The notes under the pieces were generated by a model. It saw only the letters and a program-made list of their open reading frames with translations. It made no database searches and was not told where the DNA came from. 64,000 nucleotides of DNA from Schizochytrium sp. TIO01 (Eukaryota > Protista > Bigyra: Labyrinthulomycetes): NCBI GenBank assembly GCA_004764695.1, contig SMSO01000033.1, positions 2,294,001 through 2,358,000 on the forward strand. The letters are read 5' to 3'. Shown piece after piece: positions 1 through 13,270 of the stretch; the stretch's first letter is position 1; each line of letters starts with the position of its first letter. A program made the position numbers and the translations under genes.

Positions 1-1129
1 CGTCGATCATCATAAGGCAGCTAAAGATATTTTCCACAAAGGAGTTACATACGATAGGATTGGAAGTGGCAAGGGCGCCAATCACACTAGAGAGCAAGCT
101 CGAATAAGCATGGACCACGCCATCCTCAAGACGGTGATCACAACGAAGAATGCACACAAGATCAACTGCGCGGGGTGCACAGCCAAGCAGGCTAGCGCGT
201 TCAATGCTGCCGGCAATAGCGTAGGTAATGGTCCATGTTGCGGTTTCTAAAAGATGAGGAGAAATAACGTGGTATAGCAATAAAAGTCGTACAAAAATAT
301 CTGCAAAGCCTGCTCGAAACACCTGCATAGCAGCACTCTCTGACTGGTTGTCAAGGAGGTAGCCGAGTCCTTGGCACAGGGTGACACACCGGTTGTCAAG
401 CTGTGTCATCCTGGCGATCTGGCTGTTGCTGCCCTCACGCCTGGCCCTTAAGCTTGTATGTTCAATGACCTTTACTGTTGTGAGAATAGAGCGCAGCAAC
501 TTACTATAAGTGCGGCCTGCCTTTTCGGGTTTAATCTCGCACATGCGCGCGAGCATATTTGCGACTCTTGCATTGAGCAGCGAACTTCGGACGCATCCTC
601 GTTCCAACACGAGAATCAGTGCATCTTCGACTTTGCAAGCCAAGAACTGCTGGACGTCGACTTTTGCCTCAACTAGGAAGACCAAGACCTGCACGGCCAA
701 CAGAAGCACGCCTTCTGAGGAGCTCGGCCTCCTAAGCCGCTCCACGATTGCTGCAATAGCGCCAGCCTCAAGTGCTTCCTGGATCCTTCGCGGGGACTTT
801 TGCACCATGTACCCTAGTGCCGCCATCATTTGCAAGACAAACACCTGGTGCCCATCTCCACACCTGCCAATCCGAGTCACAAGCACGCCAACAATACCCG
901 CATCCCCAAGCGCCTCTACGTTGCGCGGGTCCTGCTGAATAAGCGCCCTCAGCTCTTTGAGTCGTTCGAGGTCATGTGCGCCTGCGCTTTCTGAGTCGTC
1001 CCCGGGACCGCTACTGCTGCTGACCCTGGACCCTGCGCAAAGTTTATGTGCCGCTGCTGCTGCTTCGCACGCACCTCCGCCGCCTCCTCGCAGTGCCGCC
1101 ACCACGGCGGACGCTGCCTCTGCGTCCAT
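1..1129 (-). CDS. ARM/HEAT-like helical repeat protein, 3'-truncated by the window edge
   Basis: Manually translated stop-free frame from ATG 1129 to position 2 (376 codons). It is absent from the ORF track because it runs off the edge. ARM-like segments: NVEALGDAGIVGVLV, IQEALEAGAIAAIVERL, VFRAGFADIFVRLL. Confidence 0.7.
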   Translation of the reverse strand, partial: MDAEAASAVVAALRGGGGGACEAAAAAHKLCAGSRVSSSSGPGDDSESAGAHDLERLKELRALIQQDPRNVEALGDAGIVGVLVTRIGRCGDGHQVFVLQMMAALGYMVQKSPRRIQEALEAGAIAAIVERLRRPSSSEGVLLLAVQVLVFLVEAKVDVQQFLACKVEDALILVLERGCVRSSLLNARVANMLARMCEIKPEKAGRTYSKLLRSILTTVKVIEHTSLRARREGSNSQIARMTQLDNRCVTLCQGLGYLLDNQSESAAMQVFRAGFADIFVRLLLLYHVISPHLLETATWTITYAIAGSIERASLLGCAPRAVDLVCILRCDHRLEDGVVHAYSSLLSSVIGALATSNPIVCNSFVENIFSCLMMID

Positions 1130-1168
1130 CGCCTCTGTCCTTCGTTCAAGGTCCTTGGCCGCAGTTCG

Positions 1169-1202
<34 letters not shown>

Positions 1203-1283
1203 CCAATTCGCTTGCAGTGATCGCTTGTGATTGATCGATTGTGATTGTTTGTTTGTTTGTTTGATTGATTGTTTGTTTGTTTG
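1169..1283. repeat. (CAAT)n followed by (GATT)/(GTTT)n microsatellites
   Basis: Direct reading; about 8 CAAT units at 1169-1202. Confidence 0.95.
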
Positions 1284-2817
1284 TTGCACTCACTCCTCAG
1301 AAATCGAACGAAGTTTTTGTTCTGTCGCTCTTTTCCTATTCTATATGCTCGCACTTTTTATTTTCTTTTGCAATAATCCAAAAAGGAGCCCCGCGCAACG
1401 ACACACGGACAACAAAAGGGCAAAGACCAAGACGCGAGGTGCTCGCGGGGTGCTTCACTGACGATGCGTCCTCTGCACAGACCTGGCTGCTGAGCCAAGA
1501 ATCCGCTTCTTCGCTCCCTGCGTCAAGTTTGCCGAGCACGTCTCCGCGCTGATCGTTCTGCCTAGCACCCGAGCTACAGCAGGCGATTGATTGATTTGAT
1601 TGATTCACTTGTTTGAATTAGCTTTTGCGAGCGAGCTGTTATACTAAAATGAGCTAGCTAGCTAGCTACGCCCGAGCCTCGCTCCTGCCGGTCTGCGCCG
1701 AGGCGGGTCTGCACCAGGCCCACGCCGTAGACTCCGGCCGGCTCTGCCCTGCGTCGATTTCCGGGCGCTCGAGTGATACTTCGGTTGGCCGATGACGAGG
1801 ATCACAACGAGCGAATCAAAGCTCAGTTAGCAGAATGACTGACTGACTAAAGAGAGCCACGGTGCCTCCGAACTAGGTCTCGGCCGCGCCACGGGTCAAG
1901 TCTGCGGCCGAGGCCGTAATAAGGTCGGCGGGCGGCTTTCCGCTGCCTGCCTGCCTGCCTGCCTGCTCGTTCGTCGCAAGCGGCGCAGCGCCGAAGATGG
2001 ATGGGTGATTGAGCAGTCAGTATCGAGGCCGAGTCGAATGCACGGCATAAAAGTTTTACATTCTTTTTCTCCTTCTTTTTCCCTTTCTTTCTTTTTCTCC
2101 TTCTTTTTCCCTCTCTTTCTTCTCAGGCGGCTTTCTTTTCTCTTTCTTCTCTCTTTCTCTCTCCTTCTTTTCCCCCTTCCAAAGTATAACTGATTTTCCT
2201 TTACAAACTCTGACTGCCTCAAAAAGAGAGTCTGTGCTTTCGATCTCTTCTTCATCGGTTCAAGTTAACATTGCACGGCCTCGTCCATCTCTTTCATCAA
2301 CCCCTGCGATGCGCAGTATTTCAACAAGGAAGCCGTGGAGACTCAGAGCTACGCAGAGGATCTCTGCAGGAGAATCCACGCAAATCTTCGGCATCAGCGA
2401 AGGCGCGATTTCGAGAGATACACAGAGAGAGAGAGAGAGAGTCCATCTGCGCAAAGGTTCACCTTTCTTTGCATCTCTGCAAACCTTCCCATTGGAATGA
2501 ATTAAAAAAGTTAAAACGAAAAAAGAATCCTAAAAATAATAAATCGAAGAAGCGAAGAATGAAACAAACGAAGGAGGCAGGTGCTCCTTAGGACAAACCC
2601 TAGCCTTCACAACTAACTACACAGTCTTATTTTAAAACGAAAATCTAAGCTGCTAAATAAAGAACTTCAGAAGTTAAGAAGTTCAAGGCAGCCTTGAAAA
2701 CCTGGATTCTCGTCCGCCTCTCGGCCGCTCACGATGCCTACGGAGCTGTAAGCTGCGCTTCAAAATGCGAGGCGGACCCCGGCCTACAGCCAACTTATGT
2801 GGCCTTGGCATTGGATC

Positions 2818-2853
2818 CATTCATTCATTCATTCATTCATTCATTCATTCATT
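2818..2853. repeat. (CATT)n microsatellite
   Basis: Direct reading. Confidence 0.95.
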
Positions 2854-4127
2854 GTCAGGCACTCATGAAAAACATTCGATGGAATGTGTATATATATATA
2901 TTATGGATATACACCATCGAAACAGACCTCACCCGCTGGAGGGGACAGCTGTTTTGGGTCTCCGATAAAGGAACGCACGCACCGCTGAGAAGCGCGAGAT
3001 CTCCTGTCTTCTTTGGCAGGAAGCGGGCAGAGAGATTGCGGTCACGGGCAGGGACGGGGGCCTTGAATTATGGTGAGAGCGCGCCTTGTGCTGCCTGCAG
3101 TGGCGTCTGCTTCCTCTTCATGCCTGACCCGACGCCATTACGCCGGCGGCATTTATTTATTTATGTATTTATGCATTTCCAAACAGACAAATTCGTCGAT
3201 GGAGTGGAGATGAAATTCACCAGGTAGCATTAGATTTTCCAGTCTGCCGTTCTCCTTTCTATTTATTCTATTCTGTTTTTAGTTTAAATAGATAAATAAG
3301 TACAATACTATTCTTTATTACTTAATTACAGTGAATAAATGAATGAGAATAGTATTGTTGTCAATTGGTAGAGGATAAGGTGACTGTTTTTAATTGCATC
3401 AAAGGCAATCGATTACAAATAAACCATTTTGAAGAAGGAGCCAAAGTATCAAAACGCCATAATATACATACATACATATACACATGCATATTTTTCAACA
3501 ATTTGCATTTTTTTCCTTTAAATATTATTATTTTAAAGAAATTAACAACATCAACCAGAGAACAACCAACAAAACAACCATAACAAATCAGAGTGATAAC
3601 AAACAACAACACATAAGGACGAAGATGATCGATATTGAATTAAAATATAACTAAAGGAGGAGGACCGCCAACAAAAGCGCCGCGGCAGTTGTCCTCGTGT
3701 CCTCTCTTCGGAAACCAGGACAGACAAACAAACAAACAAACAAACAAACATGTCTTCCCAACAAGATCTCGCCAAGCGGCCTCTTCCGCCCTCCCTCTCC
3801 GCGATCGCCTTGGCCGATTTTATCCCATTGCTTGCCTGAGGGAGGTCCACGCCGGCGTTATTGGCACAGTCTCTGCGCGGTTACCAAATTCATGATTGAT
3901 TGATTGATTGATTGATGGATTGATTGATTTTTTAAAATGTTTTTATTTATTTTTAGCTTTTTAGCTTTGTAGTTTTTTTCCTTTTCGTTTTTCGTTTTTC
4001 GTTTTTCTCGCTTTTTTACCTTTCTTCGCTTTTTTAAAAATAATATAATATTAATAAATTAATGTTTGTTTTTTCTTTCTAGGTGCCTACTATGCCTATG
4101 GCTAAGCGTGCCGAGCGTTATTACTAA

Positions 4128-4129
4128 AT

Positions 4130-4173
<44 letters not shown>
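4128..4173. repeat. (TTTC)n microsatellite
   Basis: Direct reading. Confidence 0.95.
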
Positions 4174-4499
4174 TTGGGGAGAACAGCCCTGAGAGAGATC
4201 AGTTTGCGAGGGAAAGAAATGAAGCAAAGCAGTGAATGAGTGAGTGAGCACGCGAAAAGAACTCGGTCTCCCGCGGCGCGAGCGTTTTCAGTCAGTTCTG
4301 TGTGCGCGGGTTATTTGTGGAAAGGCCTGCGCTCTCAGGCGTGATAGAAGCCACGCCAGGATCGCCCGCATCAACGCAGGACTCAATTCAGGCCTTCCTG
4401 CGTGGAGGCCGAGTGAGTTCTGCTCTTTTCTCCTTCGACTGCCTCTGGGGAACGAGATAACACAGAAGCAGGGTAGTAGTACCTGAGTAGCGAGAAGAT

Positions 4500-4540
4500 T
4501 GAATGAATGAATGAATGAATGAATGAATGAATGAATGAAT
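4500..4540. repeat. (GAAT)n microsatellite
   Basis: Direct reading. Confidence 0.95.
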
Positions 4541-6244
4541 CAACGAACGAGCGAATGTCTTTGTTTTCCTGATTTGAGGACGATGTTATTGCTGCAACCA
4601 ACAAATGAATTGGTCGCCTCGGTCGATGCTTGTTGAAGCTCGATTGGTCTGGGAATGAATGAATGAATGAATTTCCTTCCACACGGATTACGAAACCTCA
4701 CCATGGATAGTCTCGTTAAGAGGGAGCGAGCGACAAAGAATTGTGGCAGCGAGTGCCTGAGTCCAGCTTGAAGGTGAATGCATAGAGAGATAGATACATA
4801 CATAGGTACATAAACACATACATAGACGATAGGCACCTAAACAATGGAGTGTGAATCAAGGTTCTCTTTTTTCACAATTATGCGTTTTTCATATTAACGC
4901 AGCTGGCTTCTCCAACCCGTTTGATCTATCTGAACCAGCCAGCCAGCCAGCCAGCTGCAGGCCGCGCCAGCTACATCTTAAAGCGGCTGCTCTTTGACAT
5001 TTCACAACAAAATCACAATCTGGCGTGGATTTGAGGTATCCTTGCCAGTCCCCAGAGTCTAAAGCGAAGCATTAGTTTGCGGTCTTCATCAACAAACATT
5101 TTTTACAGATCTCGTGAGAAATTCCTTGATTTACTTAGGCTCCATTTATTCAGAATATGACGGTGCCTAGTTTGTAGAAGGAACGTGATTTCCACGTGTC
5201 CTTTTCCAGCGCATGCGCAACAATCCACGACAGAGAGACCAGGAGAGGACTTCGTGCCTAGAACTAAACTTATATTCATGAAGGCTTTGCTTCTTTAGAA
5301 GAAAGGTACTCACTCACTCACCTACCCTCGGCCAGTAGTAGGTACGTAGGTACCTACCAGTTTAACATACTTCAGTTATTTCATTTCTGCTGCGGTCAGT
5401 TGAAAGAAAGAAAATTCATTTATGGTACATTTATGGAAGTGCAATACAAATCATATGCCCTATTTACACAAAACTGGTAACGAGGCGCTAGCAGAGTTGA
5501 CTAATTTAAAATATTAAAATTTATATTAAACCATTAAAAAACATTGAACAAAATTGAAAAACTGAAAGTGTAATTGATCCGTTCGATCCATCGCAAGAAT
5601 CCAATGGCATTTGAAGGCGTGCACTGTTCTAATTTGCAACCGCTTATAGATCAAGCCAGGCACGGGGGTTGGACATGCAAGAACATTGATCGTTCCTTCG
5701 CGTGACTGCCTAATGTTCCAAGCCTCAGTGCTTGACTTTCTCACCAAAGTATGTTGTTTGCACAGCCAAGTCTGATTCGATTTGCCAAAAACAGCAGAAC
5801 GATCATCGTCTAAAAGATGGCACACTGTACAACTTTTGCGCGAGCTCGCCGCCTTGCGCGTGACTCTGCAATGTCCTTCTTCGCGCGACATGGCCTAACA
5901 TTGCCGTCTTGTTTGTCCTTGCGCATAACTTCAAGTTCGCCAACGCGTTTTGCCTTTTTTCCACAAGGAGATAAGCTTTACCGGCACGTACTGCAAGCGC
6001 GGAGGCTGCCCGCTAACTGCAGCACAGAGTTATGTTGCCTCTTGTCACGATTTGTTTGCATGCATGTAGGGAAATCCGGCTTTCACCGATGGGAATTCGC
6101 CAGCTTTTCAGAAACCTGAGAAGCTTGCCCTGTGACTTGCGACCGCTCCTGCGCTTGTAAACAAATCCATCGCCGCCACGGCCGTCGCCGCTGCTTCCTG
6201 GCCAGTCTTCACGTGTCTCCTTCTCCAAGTTGGAGTCGCAGAGT

Positions 6245-6380
6245 GCAACTTGCAACTCTTGCAGCTCTTGCAGCTCTTAACTACTCTTGCAACTCTTGCA
6301 GCTCTTGCAACTCTTGCAGCTCTTGCAACTCTTGCAGCTCTTAACTACTCTTGCAACTCTTAACTACTCTTGCAACTCTT
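6245..6380. repeat. 9-10 bp minisatellite (GCAACTCTT / GCAGCTCTT / AACTACTCTT variants)
   Basis: About 14 tandem units read directly. Confidence 0.95.
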
Positions 6381-6643
6381 GCAAAATGCAAAATGTGTAC
6401 AACTGCCGCCGCGTGAATCGGCTAATCGTGGTGCCCAGTCGCGTGCACCGCGGTGGTTGCAAACGAAGACGCCCCACTACGCCGCGGTTGGTTGCCCCAG
6501 CGCCCCAAGCGGGGTAGTTCAACGATGGCTTACACAGAAGACAGCGCGCACGAGCTTACAGATTGCTCTTACTGCGACATAGCCAGGTCCTACGCCGGCG
6601 CACAGGTGAGCTGGGGCGAGGAAAAGTCGTCTCAGTGGGTGGG

Positions 6644-6685
6644 GAATGAATGAATTCAATGAATGAAAGAATGAATGAATGAATG

Positions 6686-6720
<35 letters not shown>

Positions 6721-6749
6721 GAATAAATGAATAAATGAATGAATGAATT

Positions 6750-6794
<45 letters not shown>

Positions 6795-7098
6795 GTCAAT
6801 CAATGAATTCAATGAATGAATAAGTGAATGAATCAATCAATTAATCAATCAATAAATGAATGAATGAATGAATGAATGGGTGGGTGGGCTCTGAAGAACC
6901 TGGGGATCTTTGGCTTCTTCCGCTTCGGAATTTGCGCTGGCCTCGCCGAGATGCTGAGACTCTGGGTTGGTTGCCATCACGAATCCTTCCCTCCCTCCCT
7001 CCCTCCTTGCCCGGCGCTTCTGCTATGCGGCAAGAGTGGAATGAATGAATGAATGAATGAATGAATGAATGAATGAATGAATGAATGAATGAATGAAT
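6644..7098. repeat. Compound (GAAT)n/(CAAT)n block at 6644-6877 and (GAAT)n at 7039-7098
   Basis: Direct reading. Confidence 0.95.
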
Positions 7099-8327
7099 GT
7101 TTTTATCCGCTTTTCTTTGACTACTGTAGAATCGACGCGCTTGGAGTAGAAGATCCATCGCACATTTATCCCCAATGCAAATCGCAAGAAAGCGGGGACC
7201 ATCCAAGTTACGGCAGGTATTCTGCAACAGCGCGCTCGTCCAAGAAGAAGAAGACATCGTCTTCGTTCGCAGCTGAATGCCGATGCCCTGTTTCGTTGGT
7301 TTTGTTTTCTTGGCGAACTAACTTGGTGACCACATTTTACTTCTCTCAATATGTAAGTACAACAGATATTTTTGATCCTATTAAAAATTAAAAAACGTTT
7401 TATTATTATTAATATTATTATTATTAATTTAAAACAATAATACATTTATACAAAGAGCAATAACCATTTTGTTTGGTATATATAAATAATGCGTGTAGAT
7501 TTACATATATACATACATCAATACATGTGTGGTGACATCTTTCATTCATAAAATCGAAAAAGAAGGAAGACGAAAGGCGAAAAGCTTACAACAATCAATG
7601 ATAAGTTTGGTGGAGCTGAGCATCCGCTCTGCTGAGCATCTGCTGCAGCGGCAAAAGAAAGAACAAAAGAAAGACAGCCTCGCAAGAGCGTCTGCTCGCT
7701 CGCTCGCTCGTTTGGCTGGCTGGCTGAGCCGCCTCATTTCGAAGCTCTTGCCCGAAAGGCAGAGCCACTCATCATCATCATCATTATCATCATCATCATC
7801 ATCATCGCGAATCATCAATCAGCGTAATGAATGAATGCCAAACGCGGCATCAAGAACGGTTTTACACACGCACTCAAAGCCAACCAAGCAAATCTGAGCC
7901 ATCGCCATTGCGCCATGCAATGCCGATGGAGGTCTGAGCTGGGAAACAAACGCTCTTAGGTCAGCGGTGCTTGTTGCAGTTGGTGGCGGAAGAGATTGGC
8001 GATTTGGCTGCTTCCGCAGAGTCCAGTTCGTGGCATCTTTGGGATTGATTGATGATGTGTTGATTTGATTGATGTATAGATTGATGTGTTGATTGATGTA
8101 TTGGTTCGTTGACTGATAGTTATAAGCAAGCGAGCAAGCAATGTGTAGTAAGTCTCAACAATCTTGGCGATCCTCCGCTCGACAGCGCCAAGAACACGCG
8201 ATCTTCGAGAGAATGAATGCATGAATGACTGATTGTTGATCGATTGATCGATCGGTCGATGCAGTAATTGATTGTCTTGGTCAGCGATCGATACGAGGAC
8301 CTGCGTGGCTGAAGCTGCTGCGACGAT

Positions 8328-8409
8328 GGATGACGGATGACGGATGACGGATGACGGATGATGACCCATGCTTGGGGGCCAAGAGAATGGATGCCTGCTG
8401 CCTCGCTCT

Positions 8410-8464
<55 letters not shown>
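8328..8464. repeat. (GGATGAC)n heptamer repeat at 8328-8360 and (GCA)n at 8412-8464
   Basis: Direct reading. Confidence 0.9.
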
Positions 8465-8466
<2 letters not shown>

Positions 8467-8982
8467 GTCGGATCCCTGAACGGGTCGCGGTCCCGGAAGT
8501 TTGTCCAAGGCGGCGCCTTTCAAGTTCGACCTGGAAAGCGCTGAAGTCATCGGCGCCGTCCTCTCAAGCTGGCAGGCAGTCAGTCCTTCAGGTTTGAAGA
8601 CCGTTCCAGCTCAAGCAAGTCGTGCTGACCAGCAAGTAAGTCCAACGTTGGTTGGGCAGGCAGTGCCGTAAGCCCCAACTCGAATGCCTCCATTGCCCAG
8701 CGGTTTTACACAAGCTGGTTCGTGCGAGTGGCCGCTGCCGCCGTAAGACGGCCATTCATTCTGCCGACTCAGGCGCAGTCGGTCGAGCAGGCGAGCGACC
8801 GAGGACGTGCCGTTTACTTCAGGTTTGGCACGGCAACGCCGAGCACGACGGTGTTCGTGGCGACCTCGAAGAACGGGTCTACGCCAAAGGAATGAATGAA
8901 TGGATGAATGAATGAATGAATCAAATTTGACAATTCCAGCACCGTCATGAATTGCAACTTGCTGCGCTCGGCTCAGGGTGCG

Positions 8983-9013
<31 letters not shown>

Positions 9014-10355
9014 CTCTTCACTAAGTATTCGGGTCAGTCTGTCTTGGAACTCTTCGAAATCCAGAGGTCATACGCCTTCGCCAAAGCTCGTCGACCACCC
9101 GAACAGCGAGTCACTCTGGCGAATTTGCCAGAGATGACCGCCACCAACTCGAGTTCATGCGGCCTTCGATCCCGACTTGCTTGCTTGCTTGCTTGCTTGC
9201 TAGCGAGCCAAAGGCGCTGCCACGCAAGTCGCCGTGGCGAATGGCTGACGAAAACCTCCAAGGATGTCCCCGATTCCACCTCTGGCGCAGAGTTCTTTTG
9301 CTCCAAATTGCAATCATCGGGATCAAAATGTGAGACATACAATAGTGCAATAAGACATACAGACATGTCAAAGGAAGAAGAACCCTCGCGATCTTGAGGA
9401 CAATGCGTTCGTTCACTGATTCATTCGTCTATGGCGTCGCGGTGCTAACTGACGCCGCTGGGGTCTGGCCTGGGGCGGGATGGACCAACTGCCGCTGCTG
9501 CTACGAGCCAAAGCATTGCATTGCATTGCATTGCAACCGAATTCTGTCTAAGTGATGAAGGTGGTTCGAGCACGATCTGCGACAGTTGTGGAGCTTTGCC
9601 GCTCTTATGTCCTGAAAGAAAGATGTTTTCTATCGACTGTGCTTCTTGGCTTTGAGAAAGATGACGAGGAAAGAACAAGCTCAGGCTTCCCACGTTAAAG
9701 CTCACACGAACGATCAATATACGCCATCGACGGTGTGAGTGCGTGAGGTGGATTGGATTATCATCATCGTTTGGGAAAGATAATAATTCAAGGGATCAAC
9801 AATTAATTCGTCGATGCCTTTAGACTTCGATTTCATTTAACATCTACTACAAACAATCTCAAAATGCTTTTTTTTCCTTCTTCCTTTTTTTAATTTATTA
9901 TTGTAAATAAAATAATATGAAACATGTTATTTACAAAATGTTTATAACAGCCCATCAAAGAAACAAAAAGCAACCCTTTAATTTATAACTAATTCATTCA
10001 TTCATTCATTCATTCATTATAAATAGATACATAACAATAAAAGAAACTGATACCATCTAATTAATATTATCTGTGTTGCCATAGCTTTAAAAACAACACG
10101 AAAACTAAAAGTTTTTGTTGTTTTTTCTCTATCTAAATAAATAAACAAATAAATAAATAAATAAATAAATAAATTGATTCCATCCAAACATCATAAATGG
10201 CCAAAAACTTGACGACTTAAGTGCTCGGCAAGAATCCGAATCCACGCTGCTTCGACTTAGGCTGACCATGATGCGAGGAAGTCAAGTCAGGCAGCTCCGC
10301 GTGGCAATCCTGAGGGCCAAACGGAATCTTCTTCTTCGAGCATCCTCGCGACTGC

Positions 10356-10416
<61 letters not shown>
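10356..10416. repeat. (AGTA)n microsatellite
   Basis: Direct reading. Confidence 0.95.
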
Positions 10417-10417
<1 letters not shown>

Positions 10418-12034
10418 GAATGTTGCTTTGTTATCTCGCCTCTGATGTTGGTCGAATTCGCTGGAGTCCATCGCCCTCGACCTCGAGAAGAGGCAAGCGT
10501 GACAAGGCATGCAGGCAGACAGACATTCATGGCATCCATTGCACAGGTCGCGAAGTTCGTACGAACGTGCGGATTGACGAACGTATCCGCGTATGAATCA
10601 TCGATGTATGAATTGAATTGAATTGCGTCAATCAATCAGTGCATGTACGGCATACATGTATTTCTTTCTCTCTGGCGATGTGCACCGACAAGACAGACAT
10701 ATTTTATATATTTGCAGGAACCTCGAAAACGATAACGACGTCCACATCTTCGACCTGTGCACGCACGCACGCCCGCTCACAAAGACCTCCAGGCACTCGG
10801 CTGCCTGCCACGCCCGCGCAGACCAGGTGCCAGCGAGCGTGCCCGTGCTCCGCCTGCTCAAGGGGCCGAGCACCGCACATGCCAAATTGTGCCTCAGTTA
10901 TCGGCTGTTGAAGGAATCCACTTTGGTACACACCCCAGTCTTCCAAGAGGTTGGATATGGATATATGTAAGTAAGTAAGTGGCTGTGCAGGTGAGATTGG
11001 AGCCAACGGGAGGAGAAGTCAAAGCTTTGAGTTGGTAAACTCTGCAGAGCGGCCTAGCTAGCTAGCTAGCTAGCTAGGTGCACTGAATGCCTGCGGAGGA
11101 GCCAAGCCACCACCTGCTAGGTTATACTCGGGCACTGGCACGTAGCGATTGTCGAAGTCGAAGTCGAGGTCTTCTTCTGAGTTTGGTATTCTTGGAAAAG
11201 GTTGTGAAAAAGTAAAATAGTATAATTTTCAGTCGTAGAGAAACATGCTAGCGGAGGTTTAGAAAGAATATAGATTTGTTTTCGATTAAAGTTAAAATAG
11301 ATCATTTCTTTTCATTTGTTTTTTACTTTAGTTTTTAATTTTTTTTTTTAAATAATTTTAGTTTTAGTTTTAGTTTTTAGTTTTAGTTTTAGTTTTATTT
11401 ATTTTTTGAATTTAATATTATTTTTAAATTATATTGAGAAAGTACAAAGAAAGAAAAAAGTTATTAGAAAATGCGGCAAAGTATGAGGACTGTATTCAAC
11501 GCATCTACTCTGCCACATTTGACACGGAACATTACAAGTGATTCAACCCCATCTTAGCAGTTATGCGGGGAAAGTCCAGAGTCGTCGAGCGTCGTCGAGG
11601 AGTCCCGACCTTCAGAGCTGCCCTCAGTCTTCGTGCCTTTTTCACGCAAGCCGACTTGTTCCTGAGAGATGATAACCAAACACTCTGCTCTTCACACGTT
11701 CCAACTCTGTGAATTCCTAAAGGGTGTACAATAGACCCTTTCTAACCGTCAAAGAGGTCTATCAAGGGACTTATTTAACTGGTCTAAGAGAAAACCTTGT
11801 TCGCGCATACACTGCATTTCTTCCTTCTCTTACGCTGCTGCGGCTGCTTGGGCCGACGCCAAGTTGTCGAGGAGGTATGTATTTCTGAAGAGCTCCAAAG
11901 CATAACCTGCAACATCGTGCTGGGAGGTGGCATAGTGAAAGTGCACCTTGGGCATTGCGTTGGACTCCGCTTGACTCTTTGCAGCTTTTACTGAAGACCT
12001 CCTTGGTGGTGTGCACAAAAAAGGATCAGAAAAG

Positions 12035-13270
12035 ATGGGCGTCGTGGATACTTTCGTATACGGCGTGGCTGCCGTGTGGATGCTCAGCTGGCTGTCCTAC
12101 ATCCTGCCGCAGGTCTACATCAAGTTTCTTAAGCCGCAGAACCTTAAGGAGAAGTACAATGCCGAATGTAAGTTTACATCGTCTTCACCTGTTGTTGAAG
12201 TTTCCGATCTTTAATCATGAGTTGACTTCATATCTTCAGAATTTCGTTCGCTTTAGCCCAGAATGATATCGTAGGAATCTTACCTGCATGCAACTTCATC
12301 TTTAATCAGATTGGCTCTGCGACACAGGAGTCCTACGTGACCGAGTTATCCAAACCAACAAATAGACCAGGTGGACTGACGTATCAGGTGTTTTCTGATT
12401 TCTTGCTATTTCTGTATCTTTATTTATTTATTTGCTTTTGCATCCACAGGGGCCCTCGTGACTGGTGGATCCACCGGCATTGGTCGCGCTATCGTTGAGC
12501 GTCTCGCTGGCCAGGGCCTTAACGTTGTTATTGTCGCCTTCCCGGACAAATTCCTCGACCAGGCCATTGATGAACTCACTGCCAAGTTCCCCAAGTGCAA
12601 GTTTGTGAAGGTTGGCGTCAACCTTGCCGACCGCAACTTCATGGAGACTCTCTCCAAGGAGACCAAGGACTACAAGATCAGCATTGTCATCAACAACGCT
12701 GGTTTCATTAAGACTGGATTCTTCGCTGACAGCGACTGGAAGGGCCAGATCACCAACCACGATGTCAACGCCACCGCTGCTGCCGAGATTACTCACCACT
12801 ACGTCCGTCTTATGCGCGAGAACAAGCTCCGCGGTTGTGTCACCTTCACCTCTTCTCCGGCTGGATTCATGGCCACCCCGTTTTCTGTTCTTTACGGCGC
12901 CACCAAGGCTTACCTGACCAACTTTGCTCAGTCCCTTGCCCCGGAAATCCGTGTCGACGGTATCGATGTTGCCGTTGTCCACCCGTCCCCTGTGGCCTCC
13001 AACTTTTATGACAAGGCTCACATGATTGATACTATTGCCTTCTTCAAGGGTACTGCCACTGGACCGGAGACCATTGCCGATATCCTCCTTGCTGGTGTTG
13101 GCCGCGTTGTGACCATCGACCAGGGCTACTACCCCATCTGCGTCAAGCTTTTGCTGAAGGTTCTGGACCCTAACTTCATTGCCGATGCTGCCCGCCTTAC
13201 CGCCTCTTTTCTTCCGGACTTTAAGAAGATCAAGGCCGAGATGGCTGCTGCTCAGCAGAAGGCCAAATAA
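12035..13270 (+). CDS. Membrane-anchored classical SDR, very-long-chain 3-oxoacyl-CoA reductase (KCR)/17beta-HSD12-like; join(12035..12167,12450..13270)
   Basis: Exon 1 encodes a hydrophobic anchor and KPQNLKEKYNAE. A GTAAGT...CACAG intron restores WALVTGGSTGIG. NNAG and YGATK (YxxxK) motifs are present. Confidence 0.9.

Noticed and set aside
9552-9615. GTGATGA...CTGA pair suggesting a C/D snoRNA
   Set aside because: No convincing terminal stem and no rRNA-complementary guide recognised.
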